Origin: Batkoa obscura
Lineage: Eukaryota
Assembly (NCBI GenBank): GCA_030770535.1
Contig: JASVEC010000020.1
Span: 186,001 to 250,000, forward strand
Length of the DNA stretch: 64,000 bases
Direction of reading: 5' to 3'
Under the pieces are notes generated by a model. The model saw only the letters and a program-made list of their open reading frames with translations. It had not been told where the DNA came from and made no database searches. Positions within the stretch are counted from its first letter, which is position 1, and each line of letters begins with the position of its first letter. Below are positions 26,666 through 38,088 of the stretch, one piece after another. The position numbers and the translations under genes were made by a program.

Positions 26666-27389
26666 TTTCTCTTTATATATGATCAAATTGAGTTTATGTT
26701 TATAACAATTGTTTTTTAACTAAATTTCAGATATTGGGAGGGTTTATATACATATTTTAGATAACCATGTTGAGGGTGCAATGTATAAGATAATACAAAA
26801 CCAAGCCTTCGCTTTTTAAAAAGCTATTTTTATACTTTCTACTTTAAATAACAGTGTTAAAATACTTTCATGTTAGTATTAAATTAACTTAAAAGGTTTC
26901 AAAACCTTATTTTTTATGATCTGAAAAGCAAATGATATTTAATTTAAACTAGAAATTTCATTGGCATAATTTAAAATTGGTGATTGAAAAGCTAAATTTT
27001 AGCCTTTTTAATTTTTTAGTTAAAGTTAATGCAACTTATTTGCAATGCTTTATTTTCAATTTAAAATTAGAACAAAAGTGAACTTTGAACTTAAAATTAG
27101 AGAAATTAGAAACATTAAGAACAATTTGAGATAAAGTTAAGCAAGCTTATCAATATAATACATTTTATTCCTAATCTTAAACTTCTTTTAATATACTTTT
27201 TTACCCTAATAATAAGCCTGATTATGAACATAATAAATGTTGTTATTAAATGTAAACTTGAGTTTATCAAATGTATTTTAATAAAAAGATAGACCCTTTT
27301 TAGAAGCCCATGTTTGTGTTTAAAATTACTAGTACCATAAACTATAAAAAGGGACTTTATGATGGTAACAATCATTATCAAAAACAACA

Positions 27390-28922
27390 ATGAAATTTCA
27401 AATACTCATTCCAGTTACTTTTTTACTCTCTGCCCTCAATGCAGCTTCACCAGCTGATTACTACGGTGGTTACAATCCTTGTAGACCAAGAACTGTTACT
27501 TCTACTTCGAAAGTAACTAAAACATTGACAGCAACTGTGACAAAAAAACCGAGTTATTGTCCTACTCCATGTCGCCCTAAAACAGTCACTTCTACTAAAG
27601 TGATTACTTCTACTGGTACCAAAGTAGTCACTGTTAAACCTCCTTATTGCTCAAAAACTAGAACCACTACCACTGGCACTAGCACTACTGGAACCTCCAC
27701 TACTGGAACTAGCACTACTGGAACCTCAACTGAAACATCTACTACTGGAACATCTACTACTGGAACCTCCACCGAAACCTCTACTACTGGTACATCAACT
27801 GAAACCTCCACTACTGGAACTAGTACTACTGGAACCTCAACTGAAACATCTACTACTGGAACATCTACTACTGGAACCTCCACCGAAACCTCTACTACCG
27901 GTACATCAACTGAAACCTCCACCACTGGAACTTCCACTGAGACTTCCACTACTGGAACTAGTACTACTGGAACCTCAACTGAAACATCTACTACTGGAAC
28001 ATCTACTACTGGAACCTCCACCGAAACCTCTACTACCGCTACATCAACTGAAACCTCCACCACTGAGACTTCCACTACTGGAACTAGTACTACTGGAACT
28101 TCCACCGAAACCTCCACTACTGGCACATCAACTGAGACCTCTACAACTGGAACTTCCACCGAAACATCTACTACTGGTACTAGCACTACTCCATATTATA
28201 CTACCTCTACTGAAACTTCCACTACTGGAACTAGTACCACTGAAACCTCCACCGAAACATCTACAACTGGAACTTCCACTACTGAAACTAGTACTACTGG
28301 AACCTCAACTGAAACTTCCACCGAAACATCTACTACTGGAACTTCCACCGAAACCTCCACTACTGGAACCTCAACTGAAACATCCACTACTGGTACATCC
28401 ACTACTGGCACATCAACTGAGACCTCTACAACTGGGACTTCCACCGAAACATCTACTACTGGTACTAGCACTACTCCATATTATACTACCTCTACTGAAA
28501 CTTCTACCACTGGAACTTCCACTACTGGAACTAGTACTACTGAAACCTCCACCGAAACATCTACTACTGGAACATCTACTACTGGAACCTCCACTGAAAC
28601 CTCTACTACCGCTACATCAACTGAAACCTCCACCACTGGAACCTCCACTGAGACTTCCACTACTGGAACTAGTACTACTGGAACTTCCACCGAAACCTCC
28701 ACTACTGGCACATCAACTGAGACCTCTACAACTGCAACCTCTACTGAAACTAGCACTACTGGAACTTCTACTCAAACATCCACTACTGGAACTAGCACCA
28801 CCACCAAGACATCTACTACCCCTTACTATACTACTAGAACTACCACTACTAGACCATACTACACTACTAGACCAAGACCTACTTATGGTTATGGTAATGG
28901 TTACGGTAACGTTTACTATTAA
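27390..28922 (+). CDS. Secreted Thr/Ser-rich mucin-like repeat protein, cassette A (510 aa)
   Basis: Signal peptide, two PCRP..YC modules, TSTTG/TSTE array with PYY punctuation, C-terminus RPRPTYGYGNGYGNVYY; no hydrophobic GPI or TM tail. Confidence 0.92.
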   Translation: MKFQILIPVTFLLSALNAASPADYYGGYNPCRPRTVTSTSKVTKTLTATVTKKPSYCPTPCRPKTVTSTKVITSTGTKVVTVKPPYCSKTRTTTTGTSTTGTSTTGTSTTGTSTETSTTGTSTTGTSTETSTTGTSTETSTTGTSTTGTSTETSTTGTSTTGTSTETSTTGTSTETSTTGTSTETSTTGTSTTGTSTETSTTGTSTTGTSTETSTTATSTETSTTETSTTGTSTTGTSTETSTTGTSTETSTTGTSTETSTTGTSTTPYYTTSTETSTTGTSTTETSTETSTTGTSTTETSTTGTSTETSTETSTTGTSTETSTTGTSTETSTTGTSTTGTSTETSTTGTSTETSTTGTSTTPYYTTSTETSTTGTSTTGTSTTETSTETSTTGTSTTGTSTETSTTATSTETSTTGTSTETSTTGTSTTGTSTETSTTGTSTETSTTATSTETSTTGTSTQTSTTGTSTTTKTSTTPYYTTRTTTTRPYYTTRPRPTYGYGNGYGNVYY

Positions 28923-30126
28923 TAGTAGAGCTATTGGTAAGAGGACAGAATTGAAAATAAATTATTTAGTGTATGAAAAATTTTAAATCTTTTTTGCTTA
29001 TTTTGTTTAAGTATTGTATAGTTCTAGTTATGTTTTTATAAAGTTTTTAAGATTTTATTTTTAGTGCTTAAAATTTAAAAAGGTATTCACCATAATATCA
29101 ACTGTTATTTCACAAGCTTCGATTCTTTAAACCCACCTAAAATCAAGACAAATAACTTCTTTATCAGCTTCAAAAAGAAACTTTTATTAAGGAAAATATA
29201 CTCCAATTACTCTTCCTCTGGTTTGACAGATTTATCATAACCCCTTAAGTAAATAATATAAAACAGATTCAACATCAAAACCTTTTTCGCTTCCTTGTCC
29301 TTTCACGTACTTTTTACTATACAAACGTCTTAGATGAAGTTTTTTAATTATACCTTTCGAGATTTAATGATCTAATGATTTGATCATCATCTCACTTAAA
29401 AGTATCTCTAATATCAAACAAATAGCAAGCAAACATTTCTATTATACAAAATCAGGTGTACCGTCTCCTACCTATTAGTCTTTAAATATGGATTTATACT
29501 CTTTATATTATAAAAAATCACAAATAAATGCATATTGTTGTTATAAAAACTACCTGACTTGTACAATGCTTTAGATGACTACAAAAAATATCATCTAAAG
29601 TTTCATTACCTCAATTGATTGATAAAGATATGCATAAAAGCTTTATGATTTTTTAGTCAAACCCAGTACCACATGCATAACTTTTCAGGCCTATAAAGAT
29701 ATCCACCCAATGATAAATACTCTGGATGAGGGAGATTAATCAAATAGTTGTCCTTCGCTCTATTTTCTAAAAATAACACTTAATTGAAGTCAACTCCTCC
29801 TTTTAAAATGTCATTAAAGAAGGAATAGATTACTGAAGTTAAAGTGAAGTTGAATAATGTAATATAGGAATATAAAATAAAGAATCATTTTCAAATTGTA
29901 CTAAGATGGCTTGAGTAGATTTAAACTGAATCCAGGTATTAAGCTACATGTTTAGATAATTTTGGCAGTTAGTGTATAAGATCTTAAATAACAATTAATT
30001 TTTCTGACATATTTTAATTTGTTGAGCATTACAAAAAATTTATCATGATGATTACAATCACTTTAATATAAATCACATTAAAAATAAACTTAGGAAATCA
30101 GATTTTATCAAACTTACCACTAAGTT

Positions 30127-30300
30127 TTAATAAGTAACTGTGGGATAAGAGTCTTGAATCGCTCTAGTCACATGATAACTATGGCTTTAGTACCCACTTT
30201 AGTAAAAAGTTTAGAAAATTTTTTGTATTCGTAACTTTGGGCAAGACTAGAGGTGATATGTAATATGTAATATAATGACAGACAAAAACTTCAGTTTCAT
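30127..30300 (-). pseudogene. Decayed copy of the small secreted peptide gene, cassette B
   Basis: Reads KFLSVIIL..SSLAQSYEYKK..TKVGT..VTRAIQDSYPTVTY* across frameshifts (including a duplicated attacat); upstream DNA resembles 26680-27030. Confidence 0.75.
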
Positions 30301-30957
30301 TTGATAATCAAATTAAGTTTATGTTTATAACTTGGTTATTGCTTTTATTTACTTTATAATGTCGAACTAATTTCATATACGTGTTTTGGATAGATATTAT
30401 CACGAGGATAATACATTGAATATGATTAAACAGGCTTATGTTTTAATAAAAAGGCTATCTTTATAACTTTTTAAAATGGTAGTGTTAAAAATAAGCATTC
30501 AAATTGCCATTAAACCCATTTAAGGTAATTTTCGAAACCATATTGATTTTAAATTAAAAGCCTATTAAGCTAAATAAATTCGATAATTGCTAATATTTAG
30601 ATTTTAATTATTTAGTCAAAGTTAATCCAGTCCATCTATGACACTAATTAAAAAAGTCAAAAAAAGCGAAGCTGCTATATTAATATTCTGATTTAAGTAC
30701 TATCTTACAATTATGAGTTAACTAATTGGATGGTGATATTTAAGTAAGAATAGCAATAAATTGAAAAACAAAAATACAGAAACATAAAAGAATTAACTTA
30801 AGTAAACCAAAACTAATTTATTATATACTCAATCTTATAAATATTAATAAATTTGATGTAGCTACAGAAATTTCAATATATGTAAGTAGAAGTTTTAGTT
30901 GAGTTTTATTTTCATATGAATTAAACTCTAATAACTATTATACAAAAAATAGCAACA

Positions 30958-31200
30958 ACAAAATTCCTTTTGCTCAATTTATTTACATTCCTATCTTCTA
31001 TATTCAATGTAACTTTTTCAAACAACTATGGCAATTATGGCTCTTATATACCAAGAATTGTTCTCTCTATTTGAATTACAGTTGTAAAATCGATCAAATG
31101 TGAGTTTAAAAAAGCAACCAATTGTCCTATTAGGTCTTATACTTCTACCGCTACTACACCTCCACAGACTACTAATATCAGAAATAAAGCTTATTGTTAA
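30958..31200 (+). pseudogene. Decayed 5' part of the mucin-like gene, cassette B
   Basis: (T)KFLLLNLFTFLSSIFNVTFSNNYGNYGSYIPRIVLSI*ITVVKSIKCEFKKATNCPI aligns to MKFQILIPVTFLLSALNAASPADYYGGYNPCRPRTVTSTSKVTKTLTATVTKKPSYCPT; ATG mutated to ACA, internal stop, repeat array absent. Confidence 0.72.
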
Positions 31201-32423
31201 AGCTATATTTAGGATACTAGATCATAAAGCTATTATTAAATGATTGATGAAATTTCTTTGTTGTTTTCATTACATAAGCTCAAATATAACAGCCATTTGG
31301 ATCTAAAAAAATCGTAAGCTACAAAAATTCCTGTTATTTGATGTATTAACTATATTAAGACTATTAATAGCTCAAATACAATATTATCAAGTTGTAAGGA
31401 CTATATCATGAGAAAATGTAAACAAATCGAGTTCAAATAGCTTCACTGACAGTTGGAAATAAAAGTGAACAAAATATTTCAAGTTTTAATGCAAATTATT
31501 CTAGATTTAGTAATAATCCTTTATTTTTTATTACAATATTATACATTTATTTATTATTGCTATTAAATATTGTTGAAAATACTTTAATTTATATCCAATT
31601 TGTTTTGTTGATATGGTGTCAAGATCTACTAATCAAACAGTTTACTTATCGAAATTAGATCCTGTAATTGAACAGGATCTAATTGATATCGAATGCATTT
31701 CGGAAAGTGATAAAAAGAAGACCAGTGTCAAAGCTATCACTAACTTTGATGATGTATATATCAAATAGGAACATAAAATGTAGCAAATTAAGGATTTTGT
31801 AATTGCAGAAAGCATATAAATGATTATGCCTTTTTCTCTAGACCTCTTTTCACTGAATTTTTTTCTGAAATAAACTATACCTTTTAGAGGCTATTTAATT
31901 AGTTAGGTTGATTCAATGTGTTGATTTTATCTTATATTCACTTACAAAGACTTTGGAAATTTTCATTACCGTTGACTATACATTGGGCTTGGATCGCCTC
32001 ACTTTATTTCGACTTATTAGCTAGTATACGATTGGAATTAAGGACTCTAAAGCTATTGTAACTTTCATTTAGAAGTTTACCATATAGCCATAATAGATTA
32101 AAAATATTTTATCTAAAAAGCGAATAAAAATAATAAATTCAAAAATAATAATGATATTTAGAGAATTTAAATAAATATTAATAATATAACTAAAATCTCA
32201 TAATATAGCAATTATTTAACTCTCAAATAACTTATTTAAACCAACTATCTCAACATCAGTATCAATCTTCAAAGCTTGTCATTCAACTCAATTTATGCAA
32301 AGCTTTTTCATTTCCATTCAAATTATTGCAAAAGGTCAATTTTTTTAAGCACAAAACTGGTCCAAAACACTAATTAAAAAATGGGATTCTTTTTATTAAG
32401 AGTAAACGCAAACAAAAGCAAGG

Positions 32424-34314
32424 ATGATTGATATTACCTTATTATTAGCAGAAAAGGGAGGTAACCCTGAATTAGTTAGAGAAAGTCAACGTCGTCGTGG
32501 CGATCCAGTTGAATTAGTTGATCAAGTAATTTCTCTCTATGAAAATTGGACAAAAAGTAAGTAGCAGAAAAATTAATATTTTATATTTATCAATTGATGC
32601 AAGGATGGGTTGACTGATGTTTTTTTTAACAGCTCGTTTTAATTTGGATAATTTAAATAAGGAAATTAACTCAATCCAAAAAGAAATTGGTTTGAAGAAA
32701 AAGGTAAAGTTGAAAATTATTATTTTTTTTATTAGTATTTATTATTTTTTATTAATATTAGAATAAAGAAAATGCTGATGATTTAATCGAAAAGAAGAAC
32801 AAAGTAAGTGCTGAAAAAGAGTCCTTAATTACTGAAGAAAAAGAAAGAGAGTTAGAATGGAAAGCTAAGTTAGGTCTTATTGGTAATATTGTTCATGACT
32901 CTGTACCAATTAATGATAACGAAGTAAGTGATTTTAAGTTTTTTTTAATGAGAATAAAAGTTAATTTAATCTGATTTCTAATAGGATTTCAATGAAATTG
33001 TTCGTACTTGGGAACCTGAAAATTTTAACAAAGATAAAAAAGAGTCTACTTTACCACATTATGCAGTTTTACATCGTATCGATGGTTATGATCCAGAAAG
33101 AGGTAAACTTATTTAATTGACTATAAAACTATCTTTTTAATCCCTCTTCTAGGTACTAATGTAGCTGGACATCGTGGATATTTCCTCACTAATGATGGGG
33201 TTGATTTAAACTTAGCCTTAATCACCTATGGTCTTAATTTCTTACGTACTAAAAACTACAAAAAATTACAAACTCCATATTTTATGCGTAAAGATGTGAT
33301 GGCTCGTACTGCTCAATTATCCCAATTCGATGAAGAATTATATAAAGTTTCCGGGGATGGCGATGATAAGTATTTGATTGCTACTAGTGAACAACCTATC
33401 TCTGCTTATCATGCTAATGAATGGTTTGATCGTCCAGAGCAGGATTTACCTATTAAGTAAGTTATAGTGAAAAAAAGAAAAAAAAGAAAAAAAAGGATTA
33501 TTAATAAATAATTTTTTTAGATATGCTGGTTTTTCCACATGTTTCCGTAAAGAAGCCGGATCCCATGGTAAAGATACATGGGGTATTTTTAGAGTTCATC
33601 AATTCGAAAAAATTGAACAATTTGTACTTGCTCATCCTGAAAAATCATGGGAATTATTTGATGAGATGATCAATACTTCAGAAGAATTTTACCAATCTTT
33701 GGGTTTATCTTACCGTGTTGTTTCTATTGTTTCTGGTGCTTTAAATAATGCAGCTGCTAAAAAATATGATTTAGAAGCTTGGTTTCCTTATCAACAAGCT
33801 TATAAAGAATTGGTTTCTTGCTCTAACTGTACTGATTATCAATCTCGTCATTTAGAAATTCGCTGTGGTACTAAAAAGGTAAATATTGAGAGAATTGACG
33901 TGGAAGTGAGAAGATCAAAAATCGATATCTCAGAGATAGATAATGGAGGGAATTAATAAGATTATGTATTAATTTTTGCTTTTTTATTAGATGGGAGATA
34001 GAGAAAAGAAATATGTCCATTGTTTAAATTCAACTTTAACTGCTACTGAACGTACTATTTGTTGTATTTTAGAAAATTATCAAACAGAAGAAGTAAGTTT
34101 AAAGATTATGATAAATTTAATAATCTCTTAATTTATTAATTTAATTTTAGGGTTTACGTATTCCAGAACCCCTTATCCCTTATATGGGTGGTAGAGATTT
34201 TATTCCTTACGTTAAAGCTGCTCCTAAGGTAAATTTAATGTAGTTTAGTTTTATTAGAGGTTTGATATTAATATTGTTTTATTATTATTATTGCTATTAT
34301 AGGAAAAGAAATAG
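32424..34314 (+). CDS. SES1: Cytosolic seryl-tRNA synthetase, multi-exon
   Basis: [126 protein letters not shown]. Confidence 0.97.
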
Positions 34315-34413
34315 ATCAATGATATAAAATAGTTATTAATCTATTCATAAATTTTTTTTATAAATTTTTGATAATAATAAAATCAAATTTTTTTATTTTT
34401 TATTTTATTAAAT

Positions 34414-35472
34414 TTAGGGATTTAAACTGACTACCAATTGAACTTTACCAGTTAAATTTAATTTATGTAAAGAAGAATTCAGATCTTTAGATTGAAATAC
34501 TCTATAATAAAGATCAATATTAGTATCTTCCACATCAAATAAAATAAAAAGGTCAATTTTTACCTTCTAGGCATCAATGTAGTTAAATAAAAATTTTCCG
34601 GCGCCCCTTTTAATCCTTTAACAAACTCAAGGACATTTTTTAATTTATCATTTGACATAAATTTTTCATTAACAACACTACGGTCCCATAATCGAATTTG
34701 AAACAAACATTCTTTTACCTCAAAACTCTCTTCTTCCATCAAAGGTTCTTCTTCTTCTATTTCTTCTTTTACTTTATCTTCATTACCAGTACTACTGTTA
34801 CTTCCTCCAAATAAAGAATAAATGAAATTAGTTACACCATATGAAGTTTCAGCTGTGGTTGTGGATTCAGTACCTAATTTATTACCAGAACCACTAAAGG
34901 TAGATACATCTTTATAGTGTCTCATAATGATAGCTTCTACTTCCATGATATTAGCACCTTGAACCGTTCCTAATAAACTTTGATTTTTGTAAATCTAAAT
35001 AATAATAATAATTAATATCATTTAATTGAGTTCTAATGATCAACTATAATTTATATAATTACTTAATTACTTAATTACTTACTTTAAATGTTGGCATTGA
35101 TGATACACCCTCAGATTGGGCTATGGAAGATAAAGCATCCACATCTACTTTTAGAAAGTAAGCTCCATTAGCATATTTTTTGCTAAGATTTTCATAGGGT
35201 GAAGCAATAGCTTGACAGGGTCCACACCTAAATAATTCCAATTCAAAATTAATATTTAGAATTTGTTTATAGTTAATAAATTATCTTGATTTTTGATTGA
35301 TATTGATTAAATGAATTAATACTTACCATGTTGCAAAGAAATCAACAACTAGCTAAATAAAAGTTAATAAATATTGATTTTAATTTAATAATGATCAATT
35401 TACTAATTTTTGACCACTAGTTGTTAAATAGCGTCGATATTCATTTTCACTATTAATATTGATGACACCCAT
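34414..35472 (-). CDS. Thioredoxin (WCGPC) + SHP-box + UBX-like domain protein, 5 exons
   Basis: Spliced: [112 protein letters not shown]. Confidence 0.85.
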
Positions 35473-35662
35473 TATTATCTTTGTTTTTTTGATTGTTAAT
35501 GTTTGTTTGAAAAAATAAATGCAAATTTAAGCCACATTGTTTGTTTGAATATGGATCAATAATCATTGGTTGAAATTCAAAATTCTGGAGAAATTTGTAA
35601 GCTAAAAATAGTATTTAAAGATTGAAAAAACGAGTGCAAATTTTAACTATTTTTTTATTAGA

Positions 35663-37658
35663 ATGAAACAAATAAATCAATCGATAATGTCTACTATAAT
35701 TAATAAAGTAAGTAATCATTTATTAAACTATTTAATAAATTAATAATTTATTTATTTATACTTAGTTTGAAACTTTCTTATTAATCCCAATAAAAAAATT
35801 AGAGTATAATAAACTTCAAAATATAATAAAACAATGTGAAAGTATTAAATGGAATAAAGAAGGACGGGATTTATGGAAATATAAATTAAATCTAGATAAT
35901 GAAATTATAATTGATAGTATTACTAGTCATCAATTTTATCAATTTTTACCAAAAGAAATATATGTTGTAATAATATTAAGTTTATTAATTACAAGTTATT
36001 TTCCAAAGATAGGTTTACTTATGTTAATTTTATTACTTAGTATTATAATGGTAAGTTGAAACTATTTTATTTTATTTTATTATATTTTATTTAGTTAAAA
36101 CACATTAAATAACGGAATTAATAGTTAATAATTATTTTTTATTTAATAGTATTATTATCAATTTTATCAATATTATACTCAATTTTTATATCATTGGAAT
36201 CAATTTATTAATATTTATTTTCAATTGGATTTACAAATTAAAAAAGCATTAAATTGGTTTATTCAATTAGAATTATTAAATAACAATATTAAGTAAGTAA
36301 TTAATAATAATATATAATAATAATATATTATAATAATATATTATAATGATATATTATAATAATATATAATATATAATATATAATAATAATATATAATAAT
36401 ATATAATAATATATAATAGTGTCATATTAATTTATTAACTTGATTTATTAGTAACATAAATAATGGTGAAAATAAAGATAAAGATAAATTACAAAATGAA
36501 AATAGTATAAGGCTATATAATATATTGATTGAAATTGAGAAAGAACTTATTGATAATATTAAAGAAATTGAAAATCATAATATAACAACAACAACATCAA
36601 ATAATGATATTAAATCATTTGAAGAAGAAGATTATTTTGAAATTGAAAATAAATTACAAGAGAATAACAATAAAGAATTAAACCCCTCCAAAGAAAAAAT
36701 GAATTATAAAATTAAGAAACAAGTGGAAAATTGTTGGGATAAGAGAAATGAGTTAATTAATTTGATGTTGTCTAAATATATTGCTATGTTATCAATTATC
36801 AATTTCAAAAACTTAATTCAATTTCAATTATTTATTACTCAATTGGCTTGTTTAGCTCATCATGGTAATGGTCATTATATTCAAATTGTATCAATTTTAG
36901 AATTTAAAGTTAATACTAATTGGTATGTTTCAAAAGAAAAAGGTAATGTAGTAGAGTAATTAATTAATTAGTAAACAATAATAATAATAATAATAATAAT
37001 AATAACTAAATACAAATACTAATTTTAATTTATAATAATAGATAATGATAAACAACTTAAACGAAATAATAATATTCAAGAAAAAGATATCAATAATGAA
37101 CTTGTCCGAGATTTTAATCGAATTGAATTTGAATTAAAAACAATTCAATGTTTATTTTATCAATTTACTAATAATCTAAATCAAAAATCAAGTTATAATC
37201 AATGTTTAAATTCATATGATCAATTTACTTTAGAAATTGAACATTTAAAATTAAGTACTGAACAATTAAAAAACAAATTGATCAAATTAAATAGAGATGA
37301 TAAGAAAAACAAAGAGAATGAAAACAAAGACAAAGAAAAGGAAAATGAATTGACAATCAATCAAAGTGACAAAATTATCAATGAGATTGAAAAAGAGGGA
37401 TGTGAAATTAACAAACAGGAAATTGAAAGAATAGAAGAATTAATTAAATTAAAAGAAGATGTGTTTGAAATGGATTCCATATTAGAAACTGATAATGAGA
37501 ATCAAATAAAAACTCCATTAAAATATAATCCAGTCAAAAAGAATAATAAAAAAGATAAGAATACAAATGAAAAAAAAGTATCAATATTAGATTATAAATT
37601 AGAATTAAAAAATGCTATTAAAAAACATTCAGAATCTAGAAATAAAACTATTGTTTAA
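35663..37658 (+). CDS. Hypothetical membrane/coiled-coil protein, possibly vezatin-like
   Basis: Exons linked by GT-AG introns; two adjacent hydrophobic segments, then QLDLQIKKALNWFIQLELL, coiled-coil regions and a terminal LELKNAIKKH helix. The family call is by resemblance only. Confidence 0.55.
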
Positions 37659-38088
37659 AATTAAAGATGAAAACAATATTAATGAAAAAAGGGTAAATTA
37701 TTTTTATTAATAAAAAGTTAACAATTTTTTTAATTAAATAATAAAATCCCAGTGTTTTTTTTATACTTGTTAATAACTTTATTTCTAATTGTTAATTGAT
37801 TATTAAATTTCATTAAGATCATTTATTAATTATTTTATTATATAGTTTGTATTTAAAATCAAATTATTTCATCTTTAATATTTATTAACTAGGTTTAACA
37901 ATTTTTTTATGACATCACATAATTCATAACTTTATCATTTTTAAAATTCATTTTATTCATACCTTTTTTGTATATAAAAAATATTAATTATTTTCTAATT
38001 TGAAACTTAATCCTTTTGATATATCAATTATAAAAAAGTACTTGATTTTTTCAACTAAATTTTAACTCCAAATTCAATTTATTGAAGA

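Larger units (their letters stand above)
26264..28928 (+). repeat. Left arm of a near-identical ~2.6-kb inverted duplication (partner ~53091-55671)
   Basis: Reverse complement of 53091-55671 matches almost base for base outside the tandem-repeat array; the ORF track shows the same spurious 91-aa ORF in both arms. Confidence 0.95.

Noticed and set aside
27115..27390. 91-aa ORF duplicated at 54545-54820
   Set aside because: Identical only because it lies in the duplicated promoter; the frame is not conserved in cassette C and the composition is AT-rich noise.
27644..28756. Antisense Val/Glu/Pro ORFs over mucin A (and 53425-54291 over mucin D)
   Set aside because: Shadow frames of the Thr/Ser array.
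27660..28800. CRISPR-like or non-coding repeat array
   Set aside because: Codon-phased coding repeats without unique spacers, in a eukaryotic gene.
31614..31769. About 51-codon ORF MVSRSTNQTVYLSKLDPVIEQD...
   Set aside because: No recognisable motif, signal peptide or paralog; possibly a decayed gene tail but unsupported.
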